Assembly (NCBI GenBank): GCA_963716175.1
Contig: OY970296.1
Coordinates: forward strand, 1,024,001-1,088,000
Reading direction: 5' to 3'
Length of the DNA stretch: 64,000 nucleotides
Source: an uncultured Armatimonadetes bacterium
GTDB taxonomy: Bacteria; Armatimonadota; Hebobacteria; Hebobacterales; Hebobacteraceae
Shown: in pieces, positions 1-10,734 of the stretch
Numbering within the stretch: the first letter of the stretch is position 1
Layout: each line of letters starts with the position of its first letter
Position numbers and translations under genes: made by a program
Notes under the pieces: model-generated
What the model saw: the letters and a program-made list of their open reading frames with translations, nothing else
The model's database searches: none
Told to the model about the DNA's origin: nothing

Positions 1-795
1 GCGTCGGGGACGGACGCCGGGCCAGTTATGGCGCGGGAGGGAGTTGCGCCGTTCAGTCATCGCCCGCGGCTAAGGGCAGGTGGCGGCCGTATGCTGCCCT
101 GGCACCGCGGGATTCACATTGTCGGCCACCCCGGCGATGCTGGCGCCGCCCCAGAGGGCCGCGGCCAGCGCGGGAGCGTGAGGGTGCCGCGAGTGACCAA
201 GTACCACAGTGGACATTACTGCCTGGACGTGCCGCACCGGCCGAGCGCATAGCCCACGGGGTTTCGGAGAGCGCCCGTCTGACCGGTGCAGTGTCCGCAA
301 TTCCGCCTCCTTTCAGGGGCTGCCCCCCTTGGCTCGTCCAGGGCTCGCCCCACAAAGCAAACAGGCTGCCGTAGCTGTCACGCTCACCCGAGCCTTCTCG
401 ACTCGGCGCGAGCTTGGCCTCTTCGGCAGCCTGGTGATCTCGTCCGCCGTACCGTCCGCCGACAGGGCGGAACCACGGCGGGCTTTGGACCCAGAAGCTT
501 TGCGCCTACGCCGTCGGCGCTGCTACCTGCTGGCAACGCTCCCGGCGCTGTTTCGCTGTTCGGTTGTCAACCACCATCTGCTTCATTCCACAGAACCCGC
601 CGATTTCTGAGAAGAGGTTCATCCCATGTGTGCCGGCAGCCTCCCGAGGCGCGTAGCGGCCGCCGCGCCCGGCACACGAGCGCGATCTTCGGCGGGCATG
701 CGGCTCGGCCGCGACGATCTTGTTTCCGGAACAGGCATGTGGGCACAGACAGAGAATCCAGTCTCGCTATCTGGTGAGAGGCGGGTGAGGTGCAG

Positions 796-1221
796 ATGAG
801 GAGCGCAAGCTTGACCCCTGCGGAGGTAGCGCGACGCTGCCGGTACGACTGCGACAGCCGGTGCTGTCGCTACATCACGGTCGTGCTGCCAGCTCCCAGG
901 CGCAAGGCGGACTTCGATGAGCTGAGCTGGTTTCTCGCCCACAAGGACATCAGCGTCTACGTGGAGGAGCGACGTTGGCACCTCGAGGTGCGCACCCCCT
1001 GCAAGTACCTCAACGATGCCAACCTATGCACCATCTACGAGAGGCGCCCAGACATCTGCCGGGAGTACGACCTCGAGGACTGCGAGTTCCCAGCTCGGCC
1101 CAGGCACTCCCTCCACTTCGACACCAAGGAGGAGTTCGATGCCTGGATGACCGAGCGCAAGGGGGAAAAGAGGCGCAGAGCGCCAGGCCGCAGCGCACAG
1201 CCGACCCGTGGCAGCCCTTGA
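796..1221 (+). CDS. YkgJ family cysteine-cluster (CxxxCxxxCC) protein
   Basis: CRYDCDSRCC, CKYL, 'CTIYERRPDICREY' match the YkgJ/UPF0153 pattern; lies outside the first att-like site. Confidence 0.85.
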   Translation: MRSASLTPAEVARRCRYDCDSRCCRYITVVLPAPRRKADFDELSWFLAHKDISVYVEERRWHLEVRTPCKYLNDANLCTIYERRPDICREYDLEDCEFPARPRHSLHFDTKEEFDAWMTERKGEKRRRAPGRSAQPTRGSP

Positions 1222-1266
1222 GGTGACGCACACCCCTCGAATGCACCAGACCCATCGCCACGCACT

Positions 1267-1331
1267 TGGCGGAGCAATGTATGAGAAAGATGATAAGAGC
1301 CGCAAGCACCAGTCTCTCGGGGGATTCTACA
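1267..1331 (-). other. att-like site (distal attR candidate): tRNA-Ser 3' core CTCCGCCA plus arm shared with 47649-47712
   Basis: TGGCGGAGCAATGTATGAGAAAGATGATAAG... is about 80% identical by eye to 47649-47712; TGGCGGAG is the reverse complement of the tRNA-Ser 3' end at 63943. Confidence 0.65.
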
Positions 1332-1753
1332 GGTCCGCCATCAGACGGGAAATGGCATCAGGACAGCCCCAGTGCCTATTGAGCGGCTTCCTGGCTCCAC
1401 GGGCCGGCACTGGCAAGCGGCACAGGCGAACGGTTGGGGCACTGGGGCAATCGCGGGTTCACAGCCCCCGGCGGGATTTGCCCGCTCTTGACTTCTCAGC
1501 TGCCGCCCAGATGCATTCGCCTGACCGCATGTGGTCAGGGCAGTGGATCACGTCGTGGTCAGCAGAAACGCCATGTTGCGAGCGCGTAGGCAGAGAGCCC
1601 TGGCTCAGCTGGTAGGGTATACGGCAGACGCTAGGATGAACTAGCCCCAATCCCCTGGCGCTGTCATCAGGCCCGCGTGACCGGTGCATGTGGCACCGTG
1701 ATGCCTCCCCGTCCGTCGACCGCCGGCAAATGCCCAGCACGCGCAGATCCGGC

Positions 1754-3700
1754 CTAGGTCCATGGGAACCAGGGTGCGCGGATGTGCCAGATGATGGCGG
1801 CCAGAGTCCAGCTCACGGCGGTGGTAAACTCGCCGAAGATCATCCCGAGGAACATGGGCCGCAGGCGGGCGTAGAGGCCCATGCCGCCGTAGCGGACAAC
1901 GAGCGATTTGATGACCCACGCGACGAACATGGGGAACCAGAAGGTCAGGACACCCCATGACGTCGAGAGCGCGTATCCCAGAGGCAGAAACGGCCAGCCA
2001 GCGAACCGCACGCGCATGAAGCCAAGCCACGCCGTGATCACCGCGCCAGCGATGAAGCAGACGAGCGAGCCCGGTGTGTAGACCTGCTCTCCCTGCAAGT
2101 GAGCGCTGTTCTCCTGGAAGAACTGGAGGGCGTTCTGGCGCTCGAAATGGCTCCACAGAGTCAGCGCACCGCGGTGGTAGATGATGGGCATCTGGATCGC
2201 CGCCGACATCGGAATGGTCAGGACAACCGCGGCCACGAACGACACCAGGACGACCCGTCGCGACAGCCCCATCAGGTCCCCGATCTTCTGGCTGTCTAAC
2301 AGGGTCGGCAAGAGCCCGCCGCGCAGGTCGCGTGTGAAGAAGGAATCGAAGAACCCGACTGTTGTGAGGTTGTGTGGGCCCAGCAATCGGGGAGCGATCA
2401 CGAGGCTGCTGATATCGATGGGCGTGAAGCAGCCTTCCGTCATAGGCAGACCGCCTTCGGCGGTGGCCCGCGCCATCACCACCGCCTCGACGAACACGTA
2501 CACCAGCACGCAGAAGGCCGCGAACGCGATCGTCATGCCGGCGAAGTGAAGCCATGTGACCGCTGCCACGAGAGCAGCAAGCAGGAGCCAAACCGCAGCT
2601 CGGTAGGGCATCAGTTCGCCCTCTCCCGCCGGGGCCTCCCGGCTGATCGCTCTCTTCAGCACGAGTCTGACGTGACGAACGGCCATCACGATCATGAAGG
2701 CGACGAGCACGAAGAAGGCCCCATCGGTCTGATAGCCGACATACCCGTTCGCCCCGACGTGCATACCCCGGATCGGAGGCAGCGCCAGCCATAACGTGAC
2801 CACCTCCTCGAGTTTCCCGAGGAGGTGGAAGAACCAGAAGCTCAAGAGCAACTCGCGCGGGAGCAGGTAGAAGAACCCCAGGGCACCGGGTGAGACCGAG
2901 ACCAGCCAGGTGCTCAGGTCCGACAACGGCGGCGGGAGGCGTCCGGAGATGTCCAGATAGACGGTGATCTCCGGCACCTCCGGCCTCAGGTTGTGGATGC
3001 CATTCACGCTGAAGAGCAACGCCGGGATCGCGAATCCGATCCACATGAGCGGGTCGCGGAAGAAGCGCTGGCCCGCTCGTCCCCGCATCATCTCGACGGG
3101 GAGCTGAACCAGGGGGAAGGAGACCTTCTCGTTATCGCTCCACTGCCGCCGCAGGATGGTCGCGAGCGAGAGGAAGGCGACGACGAAGAAGCCGTACAGC
3201 ATCAGACAGAAGCCAAGGGGCCTGATCCAGAGCCGCCAGGGGATTCGCTCGCCCTCGCGCAAGCCCTCGTAGAACGCTGCTGAGACGAACTGGGCCGGTC
3301 CGCCCGCCGGGTCCCAGGGCACCATCCACGGTCGCACGTTGGGGAAGTAGAGCTGCTCCCATCGGTTCCCGGGGTCGGCGAAGTAGTTCAGCCCGACCAG
3401 CGCCGGAAGCAGCCGCTCCATCAACCCGAACGAGCAGACCATGGTCGCGGTGACCATCATGATATACACGACGGCCATCTCATGCGGCCGCACGCTCAGC
3501 GAGGGTGCAAGTCGCCGGGTGATCTGGCTCATCACCAGAAGCACCAGAAGGCCCGCTACGGCCACTGGAGGAATGGCGAGGATGCCAAGCATTATCTGCC
3601 CGGTGACCAGTTCGGCCCAGGGGACAAGCCAGCAGATAGCGCAGATGGCAGCAGCGCCGATACTCAGCGCGCGGACTGGGATTCCGGCTTGGGTCGTCAC
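1754..3700 (-). CDS. DUF6785/DUF6784-type polytopic membrane protein (putative peptide transporter)
   Basis: 648 aa, many TM segments; motifs 'LRRQWSDNEKVSFPLVQLP', 'WPFLPLGY', 'RYGG..LY.RLRP.FLG'. Confidence 0.8.
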   Translation of the reverse strand: MTTQAGIPVRALSIGAAAICAICWLVPWAELVTGQIMLGILAIPPVAVAGLLVLLVMSQITRRLAPSLSVRPHEMAVVYIMMVTATMVCSFGLMERLLPALVGLNYFADPGNRWEQLYFPNVRPWMVPWDPAGGPAQFVSAAFYEGLREGERIPWRLWIRPLGFCLMLYGFFVVAFLSLATILRRQWSDNEKVSFPLVQLPVEMMRGRAGQRFFRDPLMWIGFAIPALLFSVNGIHNLRPEVPEITVYLDISGRLPPPLSDLSTWLVSVSPGALGFFYLLPRELLLSFWFFHLLGKLEEVVTLWLALPPIRGMHVGANGYVGYQTDGAFFVLVAFMIVMAVRHVRLVLKRAISREAPAGEGELMPYRAAVWLLLAALVAAVTWLHFAGMTIAFAAFCVLVYVFVEAVVMARATAEGGLPMTEGCFTPIDISSLVIAPRLLGPHNLTTVGFFDSFFTRDLRGGLLPTLLDSQKIGDLMGLSRRVVLVSFVAAVVLTIPMSAAIQMPIIYHRGALTLWSHFERQNALQFFQENSAHLQGEQVYTPGSLVCFIAGAVITAWLGFMRVRFAGWPFLPLGYALSTSWGVLTFWFPMFVAWVIKSLVVRYGGMGLYARLRPMFLGMIFGEFTTAVSWTLAAIIWHIRAPWFPWT

Positions 3701-3819
3701 TCGCGTGCTCTCACGTGTGGTCGCTCACCGCGGCGCAACGGCTGGGCGATCTCGGTCGGCACTTCCTCTCTTCCGCGCAGGCCTCCTTCCGCTGAGCAGG
3801 CCACCAGTCCAGCTTCCTC

Positions 3820-3921
3820 TAAGGAGCTTCGCCGAATGAAGTAACACGGCGAAGCTCAAGAAGCGGCCCAGACAGGCAGAGGGCGATGTTCGCACATTAC
3901 TTCGTTGTGCGAACATCATTA
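3820..3921. mobile_element. MITE-B copy 1 (102 bp, TA-ended, a hairpin at each end)
   Basis: Near-identical to 34398-34499 and reverse complement of 13005-13106 and 17585-17686; imperfect TIRs TAAGGAGCTTCGCCGAATGAAGTAA / TAATGATGTTCGCACAACGAAGTAA. Confidence 0.8.
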
Positions 3922-4008
3922 GGGGCGAGCAGCCGCATGGTGGGTGCCGAAGACCTACCTCACCCATCAGGCCGACGATGGCAGGAACCACCTGGCACAT
4001 TTCGCACC

Positions 4009-4068
4009 TGGCAGAGCATCGGCCTGAGAATCCGCCTGTCCCCAGTTCAACTCTTGGACCCGGCACCA
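4009..4068 (+). pseudogene. degenerate, 5'-truncated tRNA-Phe-like fragment followed by a hairpin
   Basis: TGGCAGAGCATCGGCCTGAGAATCCG..CCCAGTTCAACTCTTGGACCCGGCACCA aligns with 48233-48292; hairpin AAGGCGATGGC/GCCGTCGCCTT follows. Confidence 0.7.
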
Positions 4069-4367
4069 AAGGATGAAAGGCGATGGCGGAGATGCCGTCG
4101 CCTTTGCCACGCAAGATGAGCGCGTCTACCTCTAAGCGTGGTTCGACCGGGTCAGTTCGGTGGAGGAAACTGACCTGGCATCGAAACTACGAGAACGTGG
4201 ACGGGGTTCGGCGTTTCGATGGCGGGACGTTCTCCCAGTCCGCGTGAGGATCGAACTCCCTCTGTTTTCGTCGGCGGCCCCGTCCCCGCGCCCCGGTTTT
4301 ACGGCCGCCAGCGAACTCCCATGTTCCCGCTCGCCGGCTTTCTCCGTGGCAGGTGGGCGTCGGCCCG

Positions 4368-6388
4368 CTATTCTGCCCCACGAGCGCGCAGGAGCCGGAC
4401 AAGCGCGTCCTTCTCCGCCCTGATCCTGATGGCCAGCTGAAGGGGCGTCTCCCCGCGGCTGTTGGGCGCGTCGATATCCGCGTGTCCATCCAGGAGCGCC
4501 TGGATGACTGACGGGATACCTCCTGATGCCACCGCCACGTGGAGCGGCGTGTCTCCGCCTCTGTCGTTGTGCGCGTTGACAACCGCGCCGTGCTCGGCGA
4601 GCACCCTCACGCACTGCGCGATGTTCTGCACCGCCTGCTCTGTGATGGACGGGAGGGAGGGGTCACCCCGGGCCTCCGCTTCTCCCGCGGCAGCCGCGGC
4701 CACGTGGAGAGGTGTGTCGCCCCACACGTTCCGCGCGTTGGCGTCCGCCCCGCGTTCCAAGAGTGTCTGAAGAACATCCGGAAGCCCGCGTGCTGCGAGG
4801 TGCACGGGTGTGTCCCCGTTGGCATCGGCTGTATCCACGTTAGCTCCCGCAGCCAGCAGGACTTCCACCGTGCTCGCGATACGCTTGTAGACGCCGGGGT
4901 AGTGTGGCTGCGCCCGCGCCGCCGCGAGAGCGCAGAGGGCGCAGTGGAGGGGGGTGCGTCCGGCCTTGTTGCGCGCGTTCACCTCCGCCCCCCGGCGCAG
5001 GAGGGCCTTGGCCGTGGCGCCGGGGACGCTGTCCGGCGGCCAGGCTGGGGACTGCCGCACATCGAGGTCGCCCAGGCCGATCGGCTGCGTCGACCGATTG
5101 CCCCCCACGGAGATATTGCGGTAGAGAGTAGGCACAGAGGCACCGTGGGGTATCCAGGGGGCTCCCTTCGCCACCATGTGAAGCGGCGTATCCCCGTCGA
5201 CAGTGGTATCGTGGACGCTGGCACCGTGATCCAAGAGGCGATCTGTAAGGTCACGGAGGTCATTCCGAGCGGCAAGGTGGAGCGGTGTCTCGTCGCGCCA
5301 GTTTCGGACCCGCGGGTCCGCCCCCTTCTCCAGCAGCACGAAGGCCCACTCGATGCACCCGAGGGCGACGGCGGTGTGAAGCAAGGTATCACCCTCGTTG
5401 TTGCGGACCTCCAGGTCAGGCCTAGCCTCGAGTAGTAGAGCGGCGGCCGCCAGCCCCGTCTTGCCACTTGCACCAAGATGGAGCGGCGTATTGCCGTCTC
5501 GGTCACGCGCCCGGGATCGGCCCCGTAGCGCAGCAACATCCGGGTCAGGTCGAGACAGAAGGACTTCCCTTTGCGGCTGGCAAGCGCCGTGTAGTGCAGC
5601 GGTGTCCAGCCCTGGCGGTCCCTCGCGTTCACATCAGCGCCCGAGTCCAGCAGTGTCGTGGCCGCCTCCAGCCAGGCCATGACAGCGGTGACGTGAAGGG
5701 GGGTGCGGCCCGCGTCGTCGCGTGCCTCCTTGTCCGCCCCCCGGTCTAGCAGTAGCTTCACCAGGTCCGGCTTCCCGGTGAGGTGTAGCAGGCTGGCGCC
5801 GGCCCAGTCCTTCGCACTGACGTCGGCGCCATGATCGAGGAGCATCCGCGCGACCTCGACGTGCCCGGGCGCCACGGCCAGCAACAGGGGACTGATGCCG
5901 TTGGCGCGGCCATTGACGTCGGCGCCGTGGTCCAGCAGCAGTGCCACCAGGTCGGCATGGCCATCCTCCGAGGCCTGGTCGAGGGCGGTGTAATCGCTGT
6001 GATGACTGCCGGCGCTGACCGGGTCGCGCGTGTGGTTCGTGGCGTCCACCAGGGCGCCCCTCTCCAGGAGCAGCTTCGCCACCGAAACGTGGGCGCCCAC
6101 GGCCGCGTAGTAGAGCGGCTTCGAGCCGAAGTCGCGGTCCTCTGCGTCCACAGCTGCCCCGGCGTCCAGAAGGAGCTGGATGACGTCCGTATGGCCTGCT
6201 TGCGCCGCCAGGTGCAAAGGCGTGCGACCTTCACGGTCACGGACGTCGGCTGGCACGCCTGCGGCCAGCGCGGCGCGCACTGCCTCCGCGTCGCCTTGCT
6301 TCGCCGCCTCCAGGAGATCCGCGCGGCAAGCGCCCGACGTGAACAGGAGCACTACCGAGAGGAACGCGAACATACGGATTGCGGCCAT
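4368..6388 (-). CDS. secreted ankyrin-repeat protein, frameshifted at about 5510
   Basis: Signal peptide MAAIRMFAFLSVVLL; many G.TPLH.A repeats; ORFs 4979..6508 and 4368..5384 join as 'GADPG-ARDRDGNTPLHL' if one base is restored at the C run 5510-5512. Confidence 0.85.
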
Positions 6389-6970
6389 GCCCCTACCCTC
6401 CTGTGGTGTGCGGGATGGTGTCACGCCATCATCCCGCGAGCGCCGGGCACTATTCCTGCCGTCCGCCTGCTGCGCCCGCTGGCCTCGGCGCTTTCTCCTC
6501 GTCCGCAATCTCCTTCAGGGCCTCCTGAAGGTCCTCGTGATCTTCGGTCAGTTTCGAGAGTATGTCCTTCGCCTCCTGGATCCCCGCGCAGACCCGCAAG
6601 GTGACGCTGCTGCAGAACCGCCACTACCGCATGGGCCTGGCGACGCAGGGCATGGGGTACTGGTGCCCACCGCAGGTGGGGCCGTAGCCCAGGGGGTTCC
6701 ACGAGATCCGTCTCCCGTGGTGCGCGTGCTCGCATGGGCGCGTGCGTTCCTGGACGCGGGCGGCGGGGGAGCGACCCGCTGCCGGAGGGTCTCCGCGCAT
6801 CCCCGCCGAACCTCTGTCATTGGCCAGAGGTCTCTCGCTGAGCAGTCTATCACTCCGGCAGGATGACCGACTCCGGTACGGAGGGTACTGACATGGTTGC
6901 CGCTCTGGGTGTTCCAACACCGAGAGCCCTGCTGTTCCCGGGGAGGAAGCGCCACTCCGTTCGCGGTCGC

Positions 6971-7858
6971 ATGGTCGCTCTCGCGCTTCCGTGTCTGCTC
7001 GTGTGGGCAGTCGCGGCATCTGCCGCGGACGCACCAGAGCCGTCGGCCGCGCAGTTGGGTGTGCTTGCGCCTGTCCAAGTTGAGGCTCAGGTGAACGTGC
7101 CCAAGGACGGGTTATGGCGCTCTCCGCACTCCACCTTCGTCTGCGCTGACACAGTCCGGGTCGTCCCAGAAAAGGGCCAGCCTCTGCAGGCGTGCGAGGG
7201 CGAACCGCAGCGCGGCCAGTTTCAGTGTCGCCCGGACGGGAGCATCAAGTTCGCCGCGGCGGACGCGGGGCGGAGGCTGGTGGTGCGCTACCAGTTTCGG
7301 CCTCGCCGCGCGGCTGTCCTGGACGCGGCCACGCCAACCGACTACCCCGATGTCGTCCCTCTGCTCGGCAAGGCCCTCACCGAGGAGCTCGGCAAACGCG
7401 GCTTCGTGGTCATATCCACGAAGGAGATAGCGGATGCCGCGGCCGCGGTAGCGCTGGGCGCCGCCTCCCCCCGCTCCATTCCGCCACCGGAGAAGCTGGT
7501 GGCACTGGCCCAGCGGGTGAACGCCGCCTACGTGGTCGTCCCCGGTGTAGCCGTCACGCACCACAGCACGCCAGGCAGCGTTGATCTCGGGATCCCGGTG
7601 CCTGAGAAGAAGCCCGAGCGCCACCCCAGGTCCCCTACCGAAGAAGAGCAGACTCTGTCGCTCCCGATCTCGCAGGATAGGCTCTACGGCGCGGTCCGCA
7701 TCACTGTGGTGGACGGCGCTTCTGGCAGTGTGATCGCCGACGAGGCCACGTCGGGCTACCAGCGGGTGCGCCTGTACTGGTTCTCGCACGCGCGGCGCTC
7801 GCTGGTGCTAGACCTCGCCGCCCAGGCCGTGGCCGCCTGGCGTGAGCCATCGCCGTGA
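6971..7858 (+). CDS. hypothetical secreted protein
   Basis: Signal-like MVALALPCLLVWAVAASAA; GC3-rich codons; start uncertain (6863/6893/6971). Confidence 0.65.
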   Translation: MVALALPCLLVWAVAASAADAPEPSAAQLGVLAPVQVEAQVNVPKDGLWRSPHSTFVCADTVRVVPEKGQPLQACEGEPQRGQFQCRPDGSIKFAAADAGRRLVVRYQFRPRRAAVLDAATPTDYPDVVPLLGKALTEELGKRGFVVISTKEIADAAAAVALGAASPRSIPPPEKLVALAQRVNAAYVVVPGVAVTHHSTPGSVDLGIPVPEKKPERHPRSPTEEEQTLSLPISQDRLYGAVRITVVDGASGSVIADEATSGYQRVRLYWFSHARRSLVLDLAAQAVAAWREPSP

Positions 7859-8013
7859 TGGGCCGTGCGACGGATGTGGAGTAAGCGGCTGACGGGCGAT
7901 CCCATAGGCCGCCTGGCCGACGACGCGATAGGAACACCCTGCCATGAGCGCGGTACACGGCCTAGGCGCATGGCATCGTGGCGGCGTCAAGTGGGGGTGG
8001 AAGGGCAGGCCCA

Positions 8014-9387
8014 TCACCTGGGAGTGAGGAAGCCGCCTATGCGCGCGAGCGCGAAAGCTCGCTGCTCCGGATCATTGATGCGCCGTGCCATGCTCAGGGC
8101 ATCTTCGGGCGATATCCAGGTCAGATTCGCGGCCAAGATCCCCATCGCCTCCTCGCGCCGGTCGCAAGGTGTTACTTGCTCCACGAGGGCGGTAGCCTTC
8201 TCGCGCTGCTGACGCGTCATCACCCCCAGTACCATCTCCAGCGCCCCCTGCCTCTGCTCCAGGCCTTCGATCGCGGCGGCCATTCGGAACGCCTCCTCGC
8301 CTCGTCCCACCTGCGCCAATGGTCCGAACATGGCCATCAAGAGCGAGATCCGCTCCGTCTCCGGCGCTTCGCGGGCGAGCCCCAGGGCCCGGTCCGGGTC
8401 TACTCGACAGAGGGCGGCAAGCACGCTCTGCCGCGCCTCGAATCGAGCCATGGCCCCCTTGATGGCATCCGCCATCGCCAGCGCTCTGTCCGCGTCAACA
8501 CCGGCTAGCCCTGCGAGGACGCCGTAGGCCAATGCACCCTCTCGCAGCTCCTGGCCCACGATCGCTTGCGCAAGGTCGAGGCCCCGGAGCGGCTGTCCGT
8601 GCTGGGCGAACTCAATCGCGATCATCTGGAGGGCCTCGTCATGCGCGGCGGCGGACTCAACCTCCGCCAGCATCTCCAGAGCACGCTCCGGGGACTCGGA
8701 AGCTAGAGCTGTGAGCACTTCCGCCAGCGCGCTGTCGCGAAGCGCTTTGTCCTGGATCGCCTTCGCTGCCACGAGCCGCTTCTCCGTATCCCCCGCAGTC
8801 CAGCCCCTTCTGGGGGCCATGATGGCCATAAGATCCAGCGCGGCATCTCGCTTCTGGGGGTCCCGGATCCGTTGAGCTGCCTGGTAGGCTCGGTCCATGT
8901 CCTCCTGGACAAGCACCTCAACGTTGCGTGACAGCTCATCGTCACTGCCGGTAAGGAAGGAGTCAGGGTCATCGGCGAACTTCGCGCGGGCTCTTATCAA
9001 TTCCGCAATGCGTGCAAGATCCTCGCGCGAGCCATATTCCCTCTCGCATGCGGGCAACAGACGCAGGGCCAGCCTGGGATCTCGCGCGGAGGCCTGGTCG
9101 AGGATGAAGCCGACAATCCCCTTGTGTCCGCCTTCCACACCCATGCGCCGCATGACGGCTAGCGCCCCCTCCGGGTCCGGACCCGCCTGGGCCAGCACCA
9201 AGAGGTACACGGCCCAGTCTCGCCGCGGCAAATCGGGTATCTGCCTTGCCGCCCGGAGCGCCTCGATGAATGCCTGCTGCGCCAGCCTGGGATCCCGCTT
9301 GACATCCTGTTCAGCCGCGCGCAGCCCCGGGCACGCGAGCCCGATAAGCACCGCCACCGCACCCAGCAGCCAAATGTGTCTGCACAT
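8014..9387 (-). CDS. secreted alpha-solenoid (HEAT/TPR-like) repeat protein
   Basis: Signal peptide; repeated 'A..I.DP..RD.AL' helical units; RBS GGAG. Confidence 0.75.
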   Translation of the reverse strand: MCRHIWLLGAVAVLIGLACPGLRAAEQDVKRDPRLAQQAFIEALRAARQIPDLPRRDWAVYLLVLAQAGPDPEGALAVMRRMGVEGGHKGIVGFILDQASARDPRLALRLLPACEREYGSREDLARIAELIRARAKFADDPDSFLTGSDDELSRNVEVLVQEDMDRAYQAAQRIRDPQKRDAALDLMAIMAPRRGWTAGDTEKRLVAAKAIQDKALRDSALAEVLTALASESPERALEMLAEVESAAAHDEALQMIAIEFAQHGQPLRGLDLAQAIVGQELREGALAYGVLAGLAGVDADRALAMADAIKGAMARFEARQSVLAALCRVDPDRALGLAREAPETERISLLMAMFGPLAQVGRGEEAFRMAAAIEGLEQRQGALEMVLGVMTRQQREKATALVEQVTPCDRREEAMGILAANLTWISPEDALSMARRINDPEQRAFALARIGGFLTPR

Positions 9388-9522
9388 GGGGCACTCCCAT
9401 CGGTCGGCCTGTGTGGCCTGGTGAAGTGGTCACTTCGCCCTGAGACCGCCGCAGCCTTGCTCTGACCCGGGCCAGCGCAGAATGACCCGCGGTTCTGACC
9501 ACTATCCGCGGCCGGACCCCTT

Positions 9523-9573
9523 CAGTGACTCCCAGGCGAGGTGGTAGCCGAAGCCGGGGGTGCCTGGGGCCGT
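9523..9573 (+). repeat. hairpin repeat family R, copy 1
   Basis: CAGTGACTCCCAGGCGAGGTGGTAGCCGAAGCCGGGGGTGCCTGGGGCCG. Confidence 0.7.
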
Positions 9574-9618
9574 ACGCACGAGCGTGGCGCCGGCCGGTGG
9601 CTGACTCACGCGTGCGCG

Positions 9619-10332
9619 CTACTTCGTGCTCTCGCGTCCCTTCGTCTGCCCGGAAGCCCCCGGCTTCTGCCGCTTCAGCACCACTGGCGCCTTGAACGCT
9701 CTATCCTCGCTCGCGTGCTCCAGCAGAAACGCGCGGAGCTGCTCCGGCGAGGCGGTCAGTGTCAGCGCGCCCTCTCTGTCCACGTGCGGAAGATTCAGCG
9801 GCTTCTCCCCGGCCTTCTCAGCCAGCCAGTCCGCATTCAACTCCGCGATCTTCAGCTCGTCGCCCGAAAGGTGGATCCGCGAGACGGTGTGAGTGGGCGC
9901 AAAGTGGAGGAAGAAGGAGAGGAGCACGAAATCGCCCTCCGAGCCATCACCGTCGGTCGTAGTGTCTCCGGGCTTCTCGCCGAGCGCCTGCGGGCAGATG
10001 TCCTCGGGGTAGAGGTCGAGGAAGCGATCCTCTCCCAGCTTGGCGAGCTGCACGCTGAATGTCGCCCAGCGATCCCCCTGGCTCATCTTCAGTTCATAGC
10101 TGGCGGCATCGTTCTCCGCCGCCTCCTCGCTCTTCTTGAACGCCCAGATAACGGGGGACTTCTCGGCCGCCTGCTCGCCCTTCTCCGGCTGTTGCTCCCA
10201 CGACCCGATCAGCGCTGGCTCGAAGACGACGTCCCTCTCGGTGTAGAACGGCTGCAGAGAGTTGACGACGAAAACACAGCCACAGACGCAGACGACCATC
10301 GCGAGGAAAACGATAAGCAGCGCTGTACGCAT
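9619..10332 (-). CDS. hypothetical lipoprotein
   Basis: Lipobox-like VCGC; 'SLQPFYTERDVVFEPALIGSW' resembles a known hypothetical lipoprotein family. Confidence 0.75.
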   Translation of the reverse strand: MRTALLIVFLAMVVCVCGCVFVVNSLQPFYTERDVVFEPALIGSWEQQPEKGEQAAEKSPVIWAFKKSEEAAENDAASYELKMSQGDRWATFSVQLAKLGEDRFLDLYPEDICPQALGEKPGDTTTDGDGSEGDFVLLSFFLHFAPTHTVSRIHLSGDELKIAELNADWLAEKAGEKPLNLPHVDREGALTLTASPEQLRAFLLEHASEDRAFKAPVVLKRQKPGASGQTKGRESTK

Positions 10333-10364
10333 GGTTCTGGTCCTTTGCCCTTAGGTGGCAGGTT

Positions 10365-10562
10365 CTACCTCCGGCCTGGATGCCAGCTGCACGGAGGGCA
10401 CGAGTCAAGTGGGGCAACCGGGCCCGACGTCCGCTGCACGTTCTCGGATCTCTGCCCCCCGAACGATGCGCCCACACCCCAGATCGCGGTGTCGCCCGTG
10501 CAGGCCGGCGCGCACGCAAGGGACAGCAGAAGAATGGGTGCGATGAGCAGCCGAGCCTTCAT
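10365..10562 (-). CDS. possible small lipoprotein or gene fragment
   Basis: MKARLLIAPILLLSLAC signal/lipobox; only 65 aa. Confidence 0.35.
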   Translation of the reverse strand: MKARLLIAPILLLSLACAPACTGDTAIWGVGASFGGQRSENVQRTSGPVAPLDSCPPCSWHPGRR

Positions 10563-10734
10563 CCGTCGGGCGTAGCATGCTATCTGGGCCGCCAAACCAG
10601 TGTCCCAAGGCTACTTTACAGCCACACAGATCCCTATGCCCTCCCCGGCCCAAGTGCAATCGATTCGATCCCAGGCCAACCCCGTCCACTCTACGACGAC
10701 TGCTGTCAAGATGATAGGGAGTCTCGAGGCGGTG

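Noticed and set aside
1-789. Short ORFs at the window start
   Set aside because: No recognisable motif or consistent coding signal
1641-3044. Long overlapping or antisense ORFs (for example 1641..3044, 13136..14362, 15704..16801, 20019..21074, 32833..33891)
   Set aside because: Shadow frames of real genes in GC-rich DNA, with no motifs
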